From sequence record MN013077.1: a DNA stretch of 64,000 bases. One strand, 5' to 3'. The position numbers were made by a program, and so were the translations under genes. The DNA is from Klebsiella phage vB_KaeM_KaOmega. The notes under the pieces were generated by a model that saw only the letters and a list, made by a program, of their open reading frames with translations, was not told the origin of the DNA and did no database searches. Shown piece after piece: positions 9,529 through 19,514 of this stretch (position 1 is its first letter; the number at the start of each line of letters is the position of its first letter).

Positions 9529-11532
9529 TCAGAAAATCACTTTCAGTGTGCGGGTGAATGCACCAGTCACTTTCACCGTCAGTTCGTTACGCTGGGTGTC
9601 GGAGAAGCCCAGGCCTGACAGTTGGTCGTCAGAAGCCGGAACCTTCATCTTACCTGCCAGATGCTCGAACACTTTACGGTGCTCGTTCAGTTCGTTACGC
9701 AGATACTCGTTGTAGAAACCGCGAGTAGTGCCTGGCTGCTTCGCACCTTCCAGCATGAAGAAGTAGTGCTTGTTACCGACTGCCTGACCGTCCCAGTGGT
9801 TAGGTGAGTTCATCACCACGGAAACCTTCTGGAACTGCTCGGTAGCCATGCCCCAAACGTCTTTAGACTGCTTGCTGTGTGGCAGAGATTCGATGACCTC
9901 TACGCCGCCCTTACGGGTATAACGGAAGGTGATCACGTCCACATTGCTGCCGCGAGCCATCGCCTGTGGGCGGTTGAACTCCAGCGTCGTATTGCCATGC
10001 TCCAGTTGCAGAGTAAAGCCAATACGGTCACGAGAGCGGACATTGTACTGATTCACCCACACCTTGTAAATACCTTCTTGGATCTGGTCTTCACGTTCGA
10101 AGATGATGTTCTCAACCGGGTTAAGATCGTCATGTTTGTCCATGCCGTTCATATCCAGATCCAAGTACGCACCAGACCCACGGCGGTTCCCGTAGTACAG
10201 ATGGTCACCACGAGGTGTACGCATGTGCAGGTCGAGGTCATCGCCGTTGCTCCACGCAAGGGAGACACGCAGGGCACCCTCAACTTTACCACCTGCCGCT
10301 TTAACACGCTCTTTGATGGAGTCCGTCACCTCACCGTTGTAAGACCAAGAGAAGTTGTTGTCCCACTTCAGCATGTTTGGTGCATCCGGATATACCGGGG
10401 CCACCAGAGAAACCAGATTACCAGTGTGGCGGTTTTCAACCAGCGCTTCGATGCTTGTCGCCGTCGGCAGAACTTCACGGATGAATTTCTCGATGGAGAT
10501 CTCTTCCACATTTGCCGGGCCTTTCACTGGCTTCTTCGCGCCTTTCAGCAGGTCACCGAACACGTCTGTGGCCTTCTGGGTGCTGCGGTCAGCGAACAGA
10601 ACGTTGTTCACGGTCAGGTCTTCCAGCACAGCGTAGCGGCGTGGCAGAGAGTCCATTAGACCCAGTTCCTGAACCTTCTCTTGTGCCTTTTTGATCATCG
10701 CTTCGGTAACCAGTGCCGTAGGACGCTTGTAGTTTGCCGGGGCCATAACCTTTTCCCAACGCTTAACCGCAGATTCGATATCCATGCCACCGGACAGATC
10801 TTCCAGCAGGGTGCCGATCGCAGTATTACGGAACTTACCTCGCTCGCCCAGCTTCAGGCCGTTTGTCCACACGAACGCTTCTTTACCTGCGGCATCCAGA
10901 GCGTCATATTTGTTCTTCAGGTCGAGGAACAGGTTGACGCTGGCGATCTGCTCGTTACCACGGTACAGGGAACCCTGTGCGTTCAGTTCAATGATCGTTT
11001 CTGCTGCGTCGGCAGTCAGTTCAATCAGGCTGCGCTCCAGAACCTGCACGTTGCTACGAGAGCGGCTCAGGGCAGTTGCGATGTCAGCGTTTGGTTTCAC
11101 AAAGTTCTGCGGCAGAACGGCGTGGAAGTGGTTATACGTCACGACCTGATCGTTTTCCAGAACGTTGCTCTGCGCCGTGCCCACTTTAGTGGTGAAGTGC
11201 AGGAACTCGTCAGCGATCGGTGCTGCATGGATCAGTTTGGACAGTGCGTCAACAACGGTCTGGTAGTAACCCGGCACTTTGATGTCCCAGATGGATACAC
11301 GCTTTCCATCAACGAAGGTCACGACACGACCCACATCACGGATGAACTGTTTGCAGCAGTTGCAGTCGTACTCACGGCGCTCACGGAACACGAGGTTGGT
11401 GCCCGCCGGGAATGAATCCAGATAGTGGTTCCACACCGCATCTTTATCAGCGGCAACTTCAAACAGGCCAGTCTTAGCCATTTTGGTCAGTTGTTTCTGG
11501 ATAGCCAGCACGAAGTTATGATAGTTGTTCAT
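9529..11532 (-). CDS. large hypothetical protein (667 aa), function unknown
   Basis: Long ORF with GAGGAG RBS. No motif I can assign; no ligase KxDG or P-loop recognised. Confidence 0.6.
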   Translation of the reverse strand: MNNYHNFVLAIQKQLTKMAKTGLFEVAADKDAVWNHYLDSFPAGTNLVFRERREYDCNCCKQFIRDVGRVVTFVDGKRVSIWDIKVPGYYQTVVDALSKLIHAAPIADEFLHFTTKVGTAQSNVLENDQVVTYNHFHAVLPQNFVKPNADIATALSRSRSNVQVLERSLIELTADAAETIIELNAQGSLYRGNEQIASVNLFLDLKNKYDALDAAGKEAFVWTNGLKLGERGKFRNTAIGTLLEDLSGGMDIESAVKRWEKVMAPANYKRPTALVTEAMIKKAQEKVQELGLMDSLPRRYAVLEDLTVNNVLFADRSTQKATDVFGDLLKGAKKPVKGPANVEEISIEKFIREVLPTATSIEALVENRHTGNLVSLVAPVYPDAPNMLKWDNNFSWSYNGEVTDSIKERVKAAGGKVEGALRVSLAWSNGDDLDLHMRTPRGDHLYYGNRRGSGAYLDLDMNGMDKHDDLNPVENIIFEREDQIQEGIYKVWVNQYNVRSRDRIGFTLQLEHGNTTLEFNRPQAMARGSNVDVITFRYTRKGGVEVIESLPHSKQSKDVWGMATEQFQKVSVVMNSPNHWDGQAVGNKHYFFMLEGAKQPGTTRGFYNEYLRNELNEHRKVFEHLAGKMKVPASDDQLSGLGFSDTQRNELTVKVTGAFTRTLKVIF

Positions 11533-11563
11533 TTAAATCTCCTCAGTGAATTAATCGGGTTGC

Positions 11564-11848
11564 TTACTTAACTGTTACGAAGTCTACACCAGCTTGCTCA
11601 AGGATGTCAATACGTAATTGACGTTCTTTTTTACGGTAGTCGTTTTTCAGAGACTCCCGCTGTCTGTTAAGGGTATTGTACTGATCATCCGGGAAAATAC
11701 GGATTACCGACTCGGCGGAGAAAATGCCAAGTCCTTCAGCCCGGACCCCTCCATTATTGAGCAGTTTGCCCTTGGCGACAACATAGTATGGGAATACATC
11801 ATACTTCACAATTGCCGTCACTGACGGCAGCAGGTCATCAGGATTCAT
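11564..11848 (-). CDS. hypothetical protein
   Basis: Start re-picked at ATG 11848 (GGAGGG RBS), overlapping the upstream stop. Confidence 0.4.
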   Translation of the reverse strand: MNPDDLLPSVTAIVKYDVFPYYVVAKGKLLNNGGVRAEGLGIFSAESVIRIFPDDQYNTLNRQRESLKNDYRKKERQLRIDILEQAGVDFVTVK

Positions 11849-12029
11849 CAGACTTGCCCTCCACTTTTCCAACATACACCATATCCAGCTTACTGCTGAA
11901 TGTTTCGAGGCCGAGTTCATAAACCCCGTTCTCAACCAGACCAACACCCGGGATTTCGTGGTCAATAACTTTTCCGGTGATGGTCCCGTCAGGGTGAATA
12001 GTCACTTGGGCCAGTGCTTTAAATGACAT
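11838..12029 (-). CDS. hypothetical protein
   Basis: 63-aa ORF. Confidence 0.4.
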   Translation of the reverse strand: MSFKALAQVTIHPDGTITGKVIDHEIPGVGLVENGVYELGLETFSSKLDMVYVGKVEGKSDES

Positions 12030-12186
12030 AATCCGTCTCCTTTATCTTTGTCAGATCTTTTATCAGTTGTGCCAGAGAATAGTTCTTTGCCACCCAGGTG
12101 TTGTCTTTGCCAACTCGTTCCGGGTCACCAAGATATTGCACTATTTCTTCCAGCGTGTCAAACGATTTATTCGGACGAATTTTCAT
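12019..12186 (-). CDS. small basic protein
   Basis: Start re-picked at ATG 12186 with GGAGTGG RBS. Confidence 0.3.
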   Translation of the reverse strand: MKIRPNKSFDTLEEIVQYLGDPERVGKDNTWVAKNYSLAQLIKDLTKIKETDYVI

Positions 12187-12469
12187 TTTTCCACTCCTGA
12201 AACTCCTCCCACTCCGCAAACCAACGGTTGTACTTGGCGAAAGCCTTGTCCGCACGGTCTTTGACGGTAAACTTACCCGGGATGTGGTAAATGTCACCAG
12301 CCATCACCAGTGCCGGGTCGATGCTTCCCGGCCCGACGATCCAGATTTTCCAGTTCGGGGTGAATGGATCGTTGTCGTACTCCAGCCGCATTCCCGCCGG
12401 GGCGTAGTTTTTCTTGGCAAACTTCTCTTTTGCTGCATCAAGCTGGTCGAAGAAATCTTCTTTGTTCAT
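12167..12469 (-). CDS. hypothetical protein
   Basis: 100-aa ORF. Confidence 0.45.
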   Translation of the reverse strand: MNKEDFFDQLDAAKEKFAKKNYAPAGMRLEYDNDPFTPNWKIWIVGPGSIDPALVMAGDIYHIPGKFTVKDRADKAFAKYNRWFAEWEEFQEWKNENSSE

Positions 12470-12691
12470 TTATTCCTCCACTGGGACAGTTAACCCCGCC
12501 ATGTAGTGCCGGGCAACTTGGAGTCCCAGCCTCTCCTGCGGGGTGGACTCATTGAATCCCTCTCCCATCATTTGTCTTAATTGATACTGAGTGACGGCAG
12601 ACTTGATTGTCTCCTCGTAACACTCAATTTCAACCGTGAACTTTACGATTTTCTTGGTCATGGTGACCTCCTTCGTTTCGATAAGGGGCAT
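12470..12691 (-). CDS. hypothetical protein
   Basis: 73-aa ORF. Confidence 0.4.
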   Translation of the reverse strand: MPLIETKEVTMTKKIVKFTVEIECYEETIKSAVTQYQLRQMMGEGFNESTPQERLGLQVARHYMAGLTVPVEE

Positions 12692-12732
12692 ATTACCAGA
12701 ATGAATCTGGACGTCAATACTTTTCTTCAGAT

Positions 12733-12760
12733 AATAAAAAACCGCCCCGAAGGGCGGTTC
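12733..12760 (-). terminator. intrinsic terminator or attenuator downstream of the DNA polymerase gene
   Basis: AACCGCCC-cgaa-GGGCGGTT followed by a T-run on the minus strand. Confidence 0.5.
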
Positions 12761-12763
12761 TGA

Positions 12764-15400
12764 TCAGTGACAATCTCCCCAACTTGTTCCCGTCAGGTAT
12801 TCGCCTGTGATGTGGACTGGAGACTTCATCATCTTCGCAGCCTGTTCAACACATTTCACGACCATTTGTCCCACCGGGCAATGGATGATCGTATAAACAC
12901 CGTTCTCGTCTGGATCACACTTGAACTTACCTTCTTTCACACAGTGACCATCCAGAACCAGACCTTTCGCCAGGCACTGTTCAACAAAGGCTTTTGCCGT
13001 CGCCTCGTCGTTGAACTTCCATTCCTTTTTGAACTTGTGCGGCACCTCAAGCTGGTATTCATCGTGGTAGTAGATGATACGGCGGACGCCTTCATCATAC
13101 CAACCTCGTTTAACCAACTGCCAGTGCAACAGGATACCAACCAAGTCGAACAGGGCGGCACCGCCGTTCTGCTGGTATGCGTTCAGCAGGGAGTGTTTGG
13201 ATCGGGTGTAGATCTTACGACCATCAAGACCGTAGATAAACCGTTTCCCAGTCAACTCCCAGAACTTCTCAAGGGCTTCTTTACGACCTTTCAAGCCGAT
13301 GTTGCTATCCCAGAATGCGTCGATTACCGCCTGTGCTTTGTCGAGGGAAATACCCAACATAGAGGCGATCTTCGCCGCTTGGGCACCGTACATGATGCCA
13401 TATGTTACACCCTTACCTTCACCACGGGAAACCTTCTTGCCTGCTGCTTTGGTATACGCTTCAGCGTTTCGGCTGTGGGCATCCCCGGATTCCATGATGC
13501 GGAGATAAGCGCCCCCGTCGAACTCATAAGCACCCCATGCCGCGATCATACCTTCGAGGTTTGACCCGTCGATACCCACCTGATACTTCCCTTCCGACGC
13601 CTTGAACAGCGCTCGCATTTCCTTGCCCAGCAGAACCTTCTCGTCTGGTTTCGGAACGTTAGCCACGATCGTGTGCTTACGGCGTCCGGTGTTGGTAATA
13701 CCGGAATAACGCGCCGGGAGCTTCCCGTCAATACGCAGTCGTGGGTGGTTCAACCATCCCGTATCAACCTTGTCTTCCTTGAGCGGGTCAAGTACAGAAC
13801 GGCGGTTTCGCAGGGAGAGCCATTTCACGATCTGCTTCGCCATATGACCATCAACCTTCTCAAGGTTAGGGCACAGGCCGCTCATATCCTTCAACTGAGG
13901 AGATGTGGGCAGACCACGGGCTTTACGGCGGAGGAGTTTATACATCTTCTCCTTGTCCTGCCACGCCTTCAGAGTGATCCCGAGGTACTCCAAGATCAAA
14001 TCCCGGTACTCAACTTGGTCCAACTGCTCGATGTACTCACGCACAAGGCCGTCAACCTCGTTGTCAGGGCGCTGTTTCTTAAACTGGTCCTTGGTAACAT
14101 CTTTACTGCGCCACAGTGTAGGCTTCCACCCTGCATCGCGGATCAGGAACTTCTTCACGTCGTCCTGGTTACCGATTCGCATCGGGATCATGATGTCCGG
14201 CATAGTCTGATTCTTCAGGTCCAACATTGCTCGTGCCATGTCCTCTGGTGAGAGAGGGATCAGGGTCGTTTGCTTGTTGTTCTGGTCCCGGATAAACTGT
14301 GGCATCGCTGCCTCATCCTCGACACCATGCTCATTGCAATACTTGATTGCTGCCGCTGTCAGGCTACCATCGGCCTTGAACGACTTCGCCGGAGGCCCTT
14401 TGAAATCGAGGGCCTCCCAGTTGACGTTGTATCCCAACTTCTCAAGCCACTTCCACCCGGTCCCGGACAGGGAGCCGTCACCCTTGAAAGGTTTTGATGG
14501 GAACGTGGGCTGTGCCGACTTCGCCATCTCTTTCTTCGGGAGGTGTGGTTCAACGTCCCCCTCAATGTCACGCATCATTGTGTCGATACGATCACGGAGT
14601 TTCAGAGCCGCCTCTTCGTCGAATGTTACGCCTTGGATCTCCTGCTCGATCATCAGGTAGTCTGTGAGCATACCACGGCGCAGGCCATTCTTCCAGTTGA
14701 TCAGCTTGTACTTCTTGGCGTCCTTATCTTTATCTTCATCCTTGTACATGAAGCGTTTGTCATCCACCAACTTGCCGTCGCAGGCGATCTCCTCCATGAG
14801 GGCCGTCCACACCATTTCGTTGATGATAACGTCTTCGATGATACGATCGCAATACTTCCACAGCGGCAGGCCTCGCCAGTCTTCGATTGCCACTTTTTGG
14901 TTGGCAACACGCATACCCCAGGCTTCCAAGCCGTGGGGGCCGACAGGTTTCATCTTCCCGGTTACCGGGTTCTTTACCATCTCAGGACAGCCACGGGGTA
15001 GTGGTCGGTCCGGGTAAAGAGTTCGAGACATTGATAAAGTATCGAACAGGTTGACCTGTTTGCCGTTCAGGGTGCCCATGCACTTGGGATCACCGAACAT
15101 ATCATACTGCGTCCCCAGCATCTTTTTGAACAGACGTAGGTCGTAGCCGAACAGGTTGTGGATCGCAATTGAGCGAGGCTCAGTCTTGAACCAATCGTTC
15201 AACTCCTCAAAGGTGCGGATCTTGAAGTTCTTCCCTTTCGACTCGATGAACTTGATGGCCTGATCGTACCCTTCCCGGTTGGGATCGAGGAAGATATTCC
15301 AGTTATCGACCTTATACTCCTTGAACAGGATCACGTGAAGCTGGTCCACCTCATCGAGCAGACCGTTCGCTTCCGCATCCCCTACAAACAACCCTTTCAT
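12764..15400 (-). CDS. family A DNA polymerase (T7 gene 5 / Pol I-like) with 3'-5' exonuclease domain
   Basis: Pol A motif B RGEGKGVTYGIMYG and motif C YHDEYQLEV. N-terminal exonuclease-like region. ATG at 15400 with AAGGAGAGAG RBS (track start 15427 is GTG). Confidence 0.9.
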   Translation of the reverse strand: MKGLFVGDAEANGLLDEVDQLHVILFKEYKVDNWNIFLDPNREGYDQAIKFIESKGKNFKIRTFEELNDWFKTEPRSIAIHNLFGYDLRLFKKMLGTQYDMFGDPKCMGTLNGKQVNLFDTLSMSRTLYPDRPLPRGCPEMVKNPVTGKMKPVGPHGLEAWGMRVANQKVAIEDWRGLPLWKYCDRIIEDVIINEMVWTALMEEIACDGKLVDDKRFMYKDEDKDKDAKKYKLINWKNGLRRGMLTDYLMIEQEIQGVTFDEEAALKLRDRIDTMMRDIEGDVEPHLPKKEMAKSAQPTFPSKPFKGDGSLSGTGWKWLEKLGYNVNWEALDFKGPPAKSFKADGSLTAAAIKYCNEHGVEDEAAMPQFIRDQNNKQTTLIPLSPEDMARAMLDLKNQTMPDIMIPMRIGNQDDVKKFLIRDAGWKPTLWRSKDVTKDQFKKQRPDNEVDGLVREYIEQLDQVEYRDLILEYLGITLKAWQDKEKMYKLLRRKARGLPTSPQLKDMSGLCPNLEKVDGHMAKQIVKWLSLRNRRSVLDPLKEDKVDTGWLNHPRLRIDGKLPARYSGITNTGRRKHTIVANVPKPDEKVLLGKEMRALFKASEGKYQVGIDGSNLEGMIAAWGAYEFDGGAYLRIMESGDAHSRNAEAYTKAAGKKVSRGEGKGVTYGIMYGAQAAKIASMLGISLDKAQAVIDAFWDSNIGLKGRKEALEKFWELTGKRFIYGLDGRKIYTRSKHSLLNAYQQNGGAALFDLVGILLHWQLVKRGWYDEGVRRIIYYHDEYQLEVPHKFKKEWKFNDEATAKAFVEQCLAKGLVLDGHCVKEGKFKCDPDENGVYTIIHCPVGQMVVKCVEQAAKMMKSPVHITGEYLTGTSWGDCH

Positions 15401-15487
15401 ACTCTCTCCTTTTTGGCATACCTCCACTCAGGATATCCCAATGCCTCGTAAATATCAACCTATCAATTCCCCCTTGGGAGAAGATCC

Positions 15488-16210
15488 TTAAATTTCTTCG
15501 AACACAGGCCACCAGATACCATTGGTGGATGTCAATGCCGCCGAGTTGCTCGCAAACTGACTGTAGTTAAATGCGTAGGTTGAGTTATCAGGGTAGGTAT
15601 TGTCATACCTGGCTCGGCTAAATGCGTACTGGTTAAGACTTCCCTTTACCAATCCCCAACTTCGTGAGTTAGCAGCGGTAAACTTAGATTTGACCACCTT
15701 CTCTTCATCAGGGACACCCAAGTCCTTGAAGTGTACTTTGGTTTTTGATCCGGCATCCAGTACCCAGAGGTTCAATACAAAATAATCAAACTCAGGAACA
15801 GGCTCAAAGTCCGGGTAATCCATATTGGTGGAGGAGGGATACGTATCCCCTGGTACACCCTCCATCAAACGGACCCGGTAGGTTTTGCCGTTAGCCGCAG
15901 TAAAGGTACGTGTTTGTGGTACAGCGGTCAATCCTTGGGGAATCTGCCCCGGGCCATCAACCCCAAACACCGCGCCTTTGTTGTAAACCCCATTGTAAGT
16001 CCCTCGACCCAAAGGTTGGGAGGGTACAACGATCTCCTTCCCCTTCTTTTTGTAGACGAAGTATTTATACGTCGCCGCCTTTCCTACGTTAAATTCAGGA
16101 GCAAGCTCTGCCTGGAGTGCAGTAAATGTTGCGAAGTCTTCCTCCGGCATTGTCCTTACGTACTCGACGCCCCCGGCTTTTTGGGGAGTTACCATCAACA
16201 TCTCTTGCAT
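15488..16210 (-). CDS. hypothetical protein
   Basis: 240-aa ORF. Confidence 0.5.
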   Translation of the reverse strand: MQEMLMVTPQKAGGVEYVRTMPEEDFATFTALQAELAPEFNVGKAATYKYFVYKKKGKEIVVPSQPLGRGTYNGVYNKGAVFGVDGPGQIPQGLTAVPQTRTFTAANGKTYRVRLMEGVPGDTYPSSTNMDYPDFEPVPEFDYFVLNLWVLDAGSKTKVHFKDLGVPDEEKVVKSKFTAANSRSWGLVKGSLNQYAFSRARYDNTYPDNSTYAFNYSQFASNSAALTSTNGIWWPVFEEI

Positions 16211-16389
16211 CAGTCCTCCAACTTAACCATGCATGAACCGCTTTTCCATTTGCTTACGGTGTCAAGTACCTCCACCTTGGCTTTGTTTCCCTTGATCTGG
16301 CGAATGATTCCGCCCTGAAGCTCATTGTAGCCCCAATAGATCGCCACCTTGTCGCCCTCTTTAAGAGGGGTCCCGCGATAATCAGTCAT
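16211..16389 (-). CDS. small protein (59 aa)
   Basis: Found by hand; TGATG overlap with the downstream gene. Confidence 0.3.
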
Positions 16390-16473
16390 TGTGATTCCTT
16401 ATGTCCAGAATGTACATGACAACACAGAGGAGGCCGACGGCCCCCAAGAACGCCAATCCGACCCAATCTGGCA

Positions 16474-16941
16474 TTAGCTCACCCCGACAGGCTCAATGAA
16501 GTAGTTCTGCCCCTTCTTAACCTGCATGAAGGTCCCCTCTACCCACGTCCCAGAACCTTGAATACGGGTTTCAGAGATGTCATACTTGGTGTTTGGATCA
16601 CGCTTTCGGTGAAGCAGTTGGAGAATCAACTCCAAGCTGTTGAAGGAGATTTTGTATTCGAACCCTTCTTTGTCTTCAAACACGGCTACCGCAGAACTTC
16701 TCCCTTTCTCGGTGTGAGAAAACTGTAGAGACATCTTACGAGTCTCGTGCTCGATCTCTTCGACACGTCTGTTTTCCCCGCCGGGGCGGAATAGGTGATC
16801 AAAATCGCAAAGTGGGAACCGGTCCGCATAAGCAGCCTCTGATTTTGCTGTAAAAGCAAAGCCTTCCCATCCTGTGAACCACTTACCGCCTGACCCGGCT
16901 TCAGCCAGGGCAGGGTATGAACGCTTTTTCAGCTTGCTCAT
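16474..16941 (-). CDS. hypothetical protein
   Basis: 155-aa ORF. Confidence 0.5.
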   Translation of the reverse strand: MSKLKKRSYPALAEAGSGGKWFTGWEGFAFTAKSEAAYADRFPLCDFDHLFRPGGENRRVEEIEHETRKMSLQFSHTEKGRSSAVAVFEDKEGFEYKISFNSLELILQLLHRKRDPNTKYDISETRIQGSGTWVEGTFMQVKKGQNYFIEPVGVS

Positions 16942-17141
16942 TGAGGAACCTCCCGGTAATCGAGCAGTGGGTATCGTTTAGGGTAAATCTCCATCCGGGC
17001 GCACACATTGCAATAGTGCGGATACTTCGGAGGGGAGGTTAAGAAAGCCTCCCCGTTGTTCATCATTTCCCCGGTGCAACCGTTAAACCCGCAATCCATG
17101 TGGACTCTTACTTGAACTACAGGAACAACACGTTCAGTCAT
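16938..17141 (-). CDS. Cys-rich zinc-ribbon-like small protein
   Basis: Start re-picked at ATG 17141. CGFNGC...CNVC. Confidence 0.4.
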   Translation of the reverse strand: MTERVVPVVQVRVHMDCGFNGCTGEMMNNGEAFLTSPPKYPHYCNVCARMEIYPKRYPLLDYREVPQ

Positions 17142-17508
17142 CTGTCCACTCCTTGTCGTACCCGGCACCTTCACGGGTAATGGCAATATGCGGCGCATCG
17201 CAGCCGTCATACCAGTTATCGACAAACATTTTCTCGGACCCTTCTACGATGAACAGACCCGCTTGTCGTAATTCCTCTTGCAGATTGCCAAACATATTGT
17301 CGTTCTGGTCGAAGATCACCAAGCCTGCATCATATGACGGGCCGTCTTCATGACGGTAAACGACCATATCACCACCGTAAGTGATCTTCAGCTTGGAATC
17401 GATCTCGTCAAGCCTGTCGGAAACCTCTTGCCAAGAATCCGTGTGTAGATTGCCCAGTGGTGGGTCCAACAGTGCAATAACCCCTACAGTTACACGTTGT
17501 TCGCTCAT
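17134..17508 (-). CDS. hypothetical acidic protein
   Basis: 124-aa ORF. Confidence 0.45.
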   Translation of the reverse strand: MSEQRVTVGVIALLDPPLGNLHTDSWQEVSDRLDEIDSKLKITYGGDMVVYRHEDGPSYDAGLVIFDQNDNMFGNLQEELRQAGLFIVEGSEKMFVDNWYDGCDAPHIAITREGAGYDKEWTDD

Positions 17509-17531
17509 GAATACTCCTCTCTTTCGCCTAA

Positions 17532-18179
17532 TTAATCAAGAACAAATGGTGCCGTCGGAACCGAGAAATTGCCGTCGTAACGGGCCACCTTTGAAATTCG
17601 GAACTGGTCCAGTGCCCCGAACATGGTCTGCTCGCCGAAACCGATCCTTGAGAAACGGTCAAAGGTACTCCAACCTCCAGAAGCAAAAGGTGTGCCAATA
17701 GAAACACCATTTATGTACAGCTTGGTTGTTCCTGATTTGCTTACAATGGCGACATGTGCCCAGTTGGAAAGGGGCCAAAGGTTACTGCTGAAACTCAAAT
17801 ACCTCAACTGGTCTTGGAGGTAAACGATGTTTTGGTATACCTTCAGACAACTCTGCGTCCCTGTCCCAAAATACATCCACCAAGACGAGGCTACGGACGT
17901 ATTTCTCGACCAAAATTCGATCGTGAAGTCATCGGTGGGTTTGAACACCAGATCGTTTTTAACAGTACCGTCCATTTCAAAATAGCTGGTACTGGTTGTA
18001 CAATCAAAGTATTTGTTGTTGAATTTTCCGTAAGACCCGGCGGCAACTGTGGCGGTCCTCGTAAATGGCCTGCTTGGATTAGCAACATCAATACCGCCCT
18101 TGTCTGCTTGCAGGAGAAGGAGAGTTTTATCTCCCTTCACGCCGCCGCTTGCACCAGCCGCCAAAAGAATTTCCTGCAC
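17532..18179 (-). CDS. concanavalin A-like lectin/LamG-fold protein
   Basis: 215 aa. Beta-rich with aromatic and Gly/Thr pattern typical of jelly-roll lectin domains. Weak inference. Confidence 0.4.
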   Translation of the reverse strand: MQEILLAAGASGGVKGDKTLLLLQADKGGIDVANPSRPFTRTATVAAGSYGKFNNKYFDCTTSTSYFEMDGTVKNDLVFKPTDDFTIEFWSRNTSVASSWWMYFGTGTQSCLKVYQNIVYLQDQLRYLSFSSNLWPLSNWAHVAIVSKSGTTKLYINGVSIGTPFASGGWSTFDRFSRIGFGEQTMFGALDQFRISKVARYDGNFSVPTAPFVLD

Positions 18180-18190
18180 TTTTTTACTCC

Positions 18191-18862
18191 TTAATGATTG
18201 AAGTGGTAAACAGCCCTGGCAAACCCCTCCGGGGTCAGCGATCGTAGCTGTTTGGTCCTCTCCGACTTACCGCCTAAAAACTTCCAGCCCCAGAAGCAGC
18301 CTATATGAGGCACAGGCTTCTTATCAGGCATCACAAAGCCATTCCCTACCCAGAGGCAAGTTTTCTTTGTGTAGGCGTTCCTGTACGGCATTTTTGGGTG
18401 ATACGAGCCTTCAATCTGACTCAGGTATCCGCCATACTCGTAAGGGTCGAAGTAATGGTCCGGCTTACGCCAGAGCGTACTCATTTTCCCAACCGGATTT
18501 TCAACCATCCACGGGCAGTCGAAAACGTTGGCAACACGCTCTACCATTTTAGCATTATCTATCGACTCCATCAACTCTGATTTCGTCCGGGTGTGTTTAG
18601 CCCCGGCGACTGACAGGTTGGTGCAGCTTGGGAATGCAAACATAATGTCCGGCTTAGGGATTCCTGCACCCAACGCAAAGGCCAAGAAATCTTCATCGAT
18701 CCAGCAATTCACATACTGGATGTTAGGATGCTCCCGGCGCAGTTCATACTGCCCGTGATCGGCGGTGTCTGCATTGAAGCAGAACACCTTCCAACCATTG
18801 ATGGCGTACTCATACCCCATGAAGCCTGAGCCATCGAAGAGACTCCAGACGACTTTAGACAT
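18191..18862 (-). CDS. short DNA (cytosine-5)-methyltransferase-like protein
   Basis: Start at ATG 18862 with GGTGAGG RBS. Motif I LFDGSGF, PSC (PC-motif position), ENV motif MVENPVG, and C-terminal LTPEGFARA resembling C5-MTase motif X. Confidence 0.55.
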   Translation of the reverse strand: MSKVVWSLFDGSGFMGYEYAINGWKVFCFNADTADHGQYELRREHPNIQYVNCWIDEDFLAFALGAGIPKPDIMFAFPSCTNLSVAGAKHTRTKSELMESIDNAKMVERVANVFDCPWMVENPVGKMSTLWRKPDHYFDPYEYGGYLSQIEGSYHPKMPYRNAYTKKTCLWVGNGFVMPDKKPVPHIGCFWGWKFLGGKSERTKQLRSLTPEGFARAVYHFNH

Positions 18863-19109
18863 TACCAACCTCACCGTGGATTGTGCAAGGCACATACACA
18901 CTTCGATCCAAGTCATCACGAAGAAGGACCTTGCCCTGACCAAACAGAATGTCATCCTCTTCTGCGGAGATCATGTTCGTCCCGTGTTCGATATAAAAAC
19001 GAAGCTGCCGGATCAGGTAGATGGAATCCATGCCTGAACTGTCCAGCAGATCTTCTTCGTCGTAATCCGCCATGATTCGCTCTTTGTCCAAACGTACCCA
19101 ATATTTCAT
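18855..19109 (-). CDS. hypothetical acidic protein
   Basis: 84-aa ORF. Confidence 0.4.
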   Translation of the reverse strand: MKYWVRLDKERIMADYDEEDLLDSSGMDSIYLIRQLRFYIEHGTNMISAEEDDILFGQGKVLLRDDLDRSVYVPCTIHGEVGNV

Positions 19110-19339
19110 AAGTTTTCTCCTTCAATGTTTACCAGCCTGTCGTTCTGAGAAATGGCGTAGCTTGAGCATCTGGTGTTCCAGGCTTCCAGCGCCGACATCG
19201 GTTTGTAATCGCCCTCGATCTCTGCGAAGCACTCCAAGCACTGAACACGGTCATTCATCCTGACCTCCCTGTTACCCTTGTGCCAAATGGCCTTCGAAGC
19301 ACAGAACGGGCAGGCTTTCAGTGTCATCTTCTTAGCCAT
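19106..19339 (-). CDS. Lar-family restriction-alleviation-like zinc-ribbon protein
   Basis: 77 aa with N-terminal CPFC motif and a second C..C pair, as in the Lar family of Rac prophage. Recalled family signature only. Confidence 0.4.
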   Translation of the reverse strand: MAKKMTLKACPFCASKAIWHKGNREVRMNDRVQCLECFAEIEGDYKPMSALEAWNTRCSSYAISQNDRLVNIEGENL

Positions 19340-19514
19340 GCAGGCGCTCCAAGATGATCCCCGCCTCTTTGGCCTCTTTCACCGGGACATACCCGCCGTA
19401 CCAATCAAGGATAAACTCTTTACCGCCACGGACGAATACTTGGTATCGACCGTTTACCGTCAGGGCCGGGACTTTACGAGTGGTGCTTACCACCCTTACT
19501 GTACCACCCATCAT
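19332..19514 (-). CDS. small protein
   Basis: 60-aa ORF. Confidence 0.35.
   Translation of the reverse strand: MMGGTVRVVSTTRKVPALTVNGRYQVFVRGGKEFILDWYGGYVPVKEAKEAGIILERLHG

Noticed and set aside
9877-11415. Plus-strand ORFs of 260 and 244 aa
   Set aside because: They are antisense shadows of the 667-aa gene.
12767-14251. Plus-strand ORFs opposite the DNA polymerase gene
   Set aside because: They are shadow ORFs.
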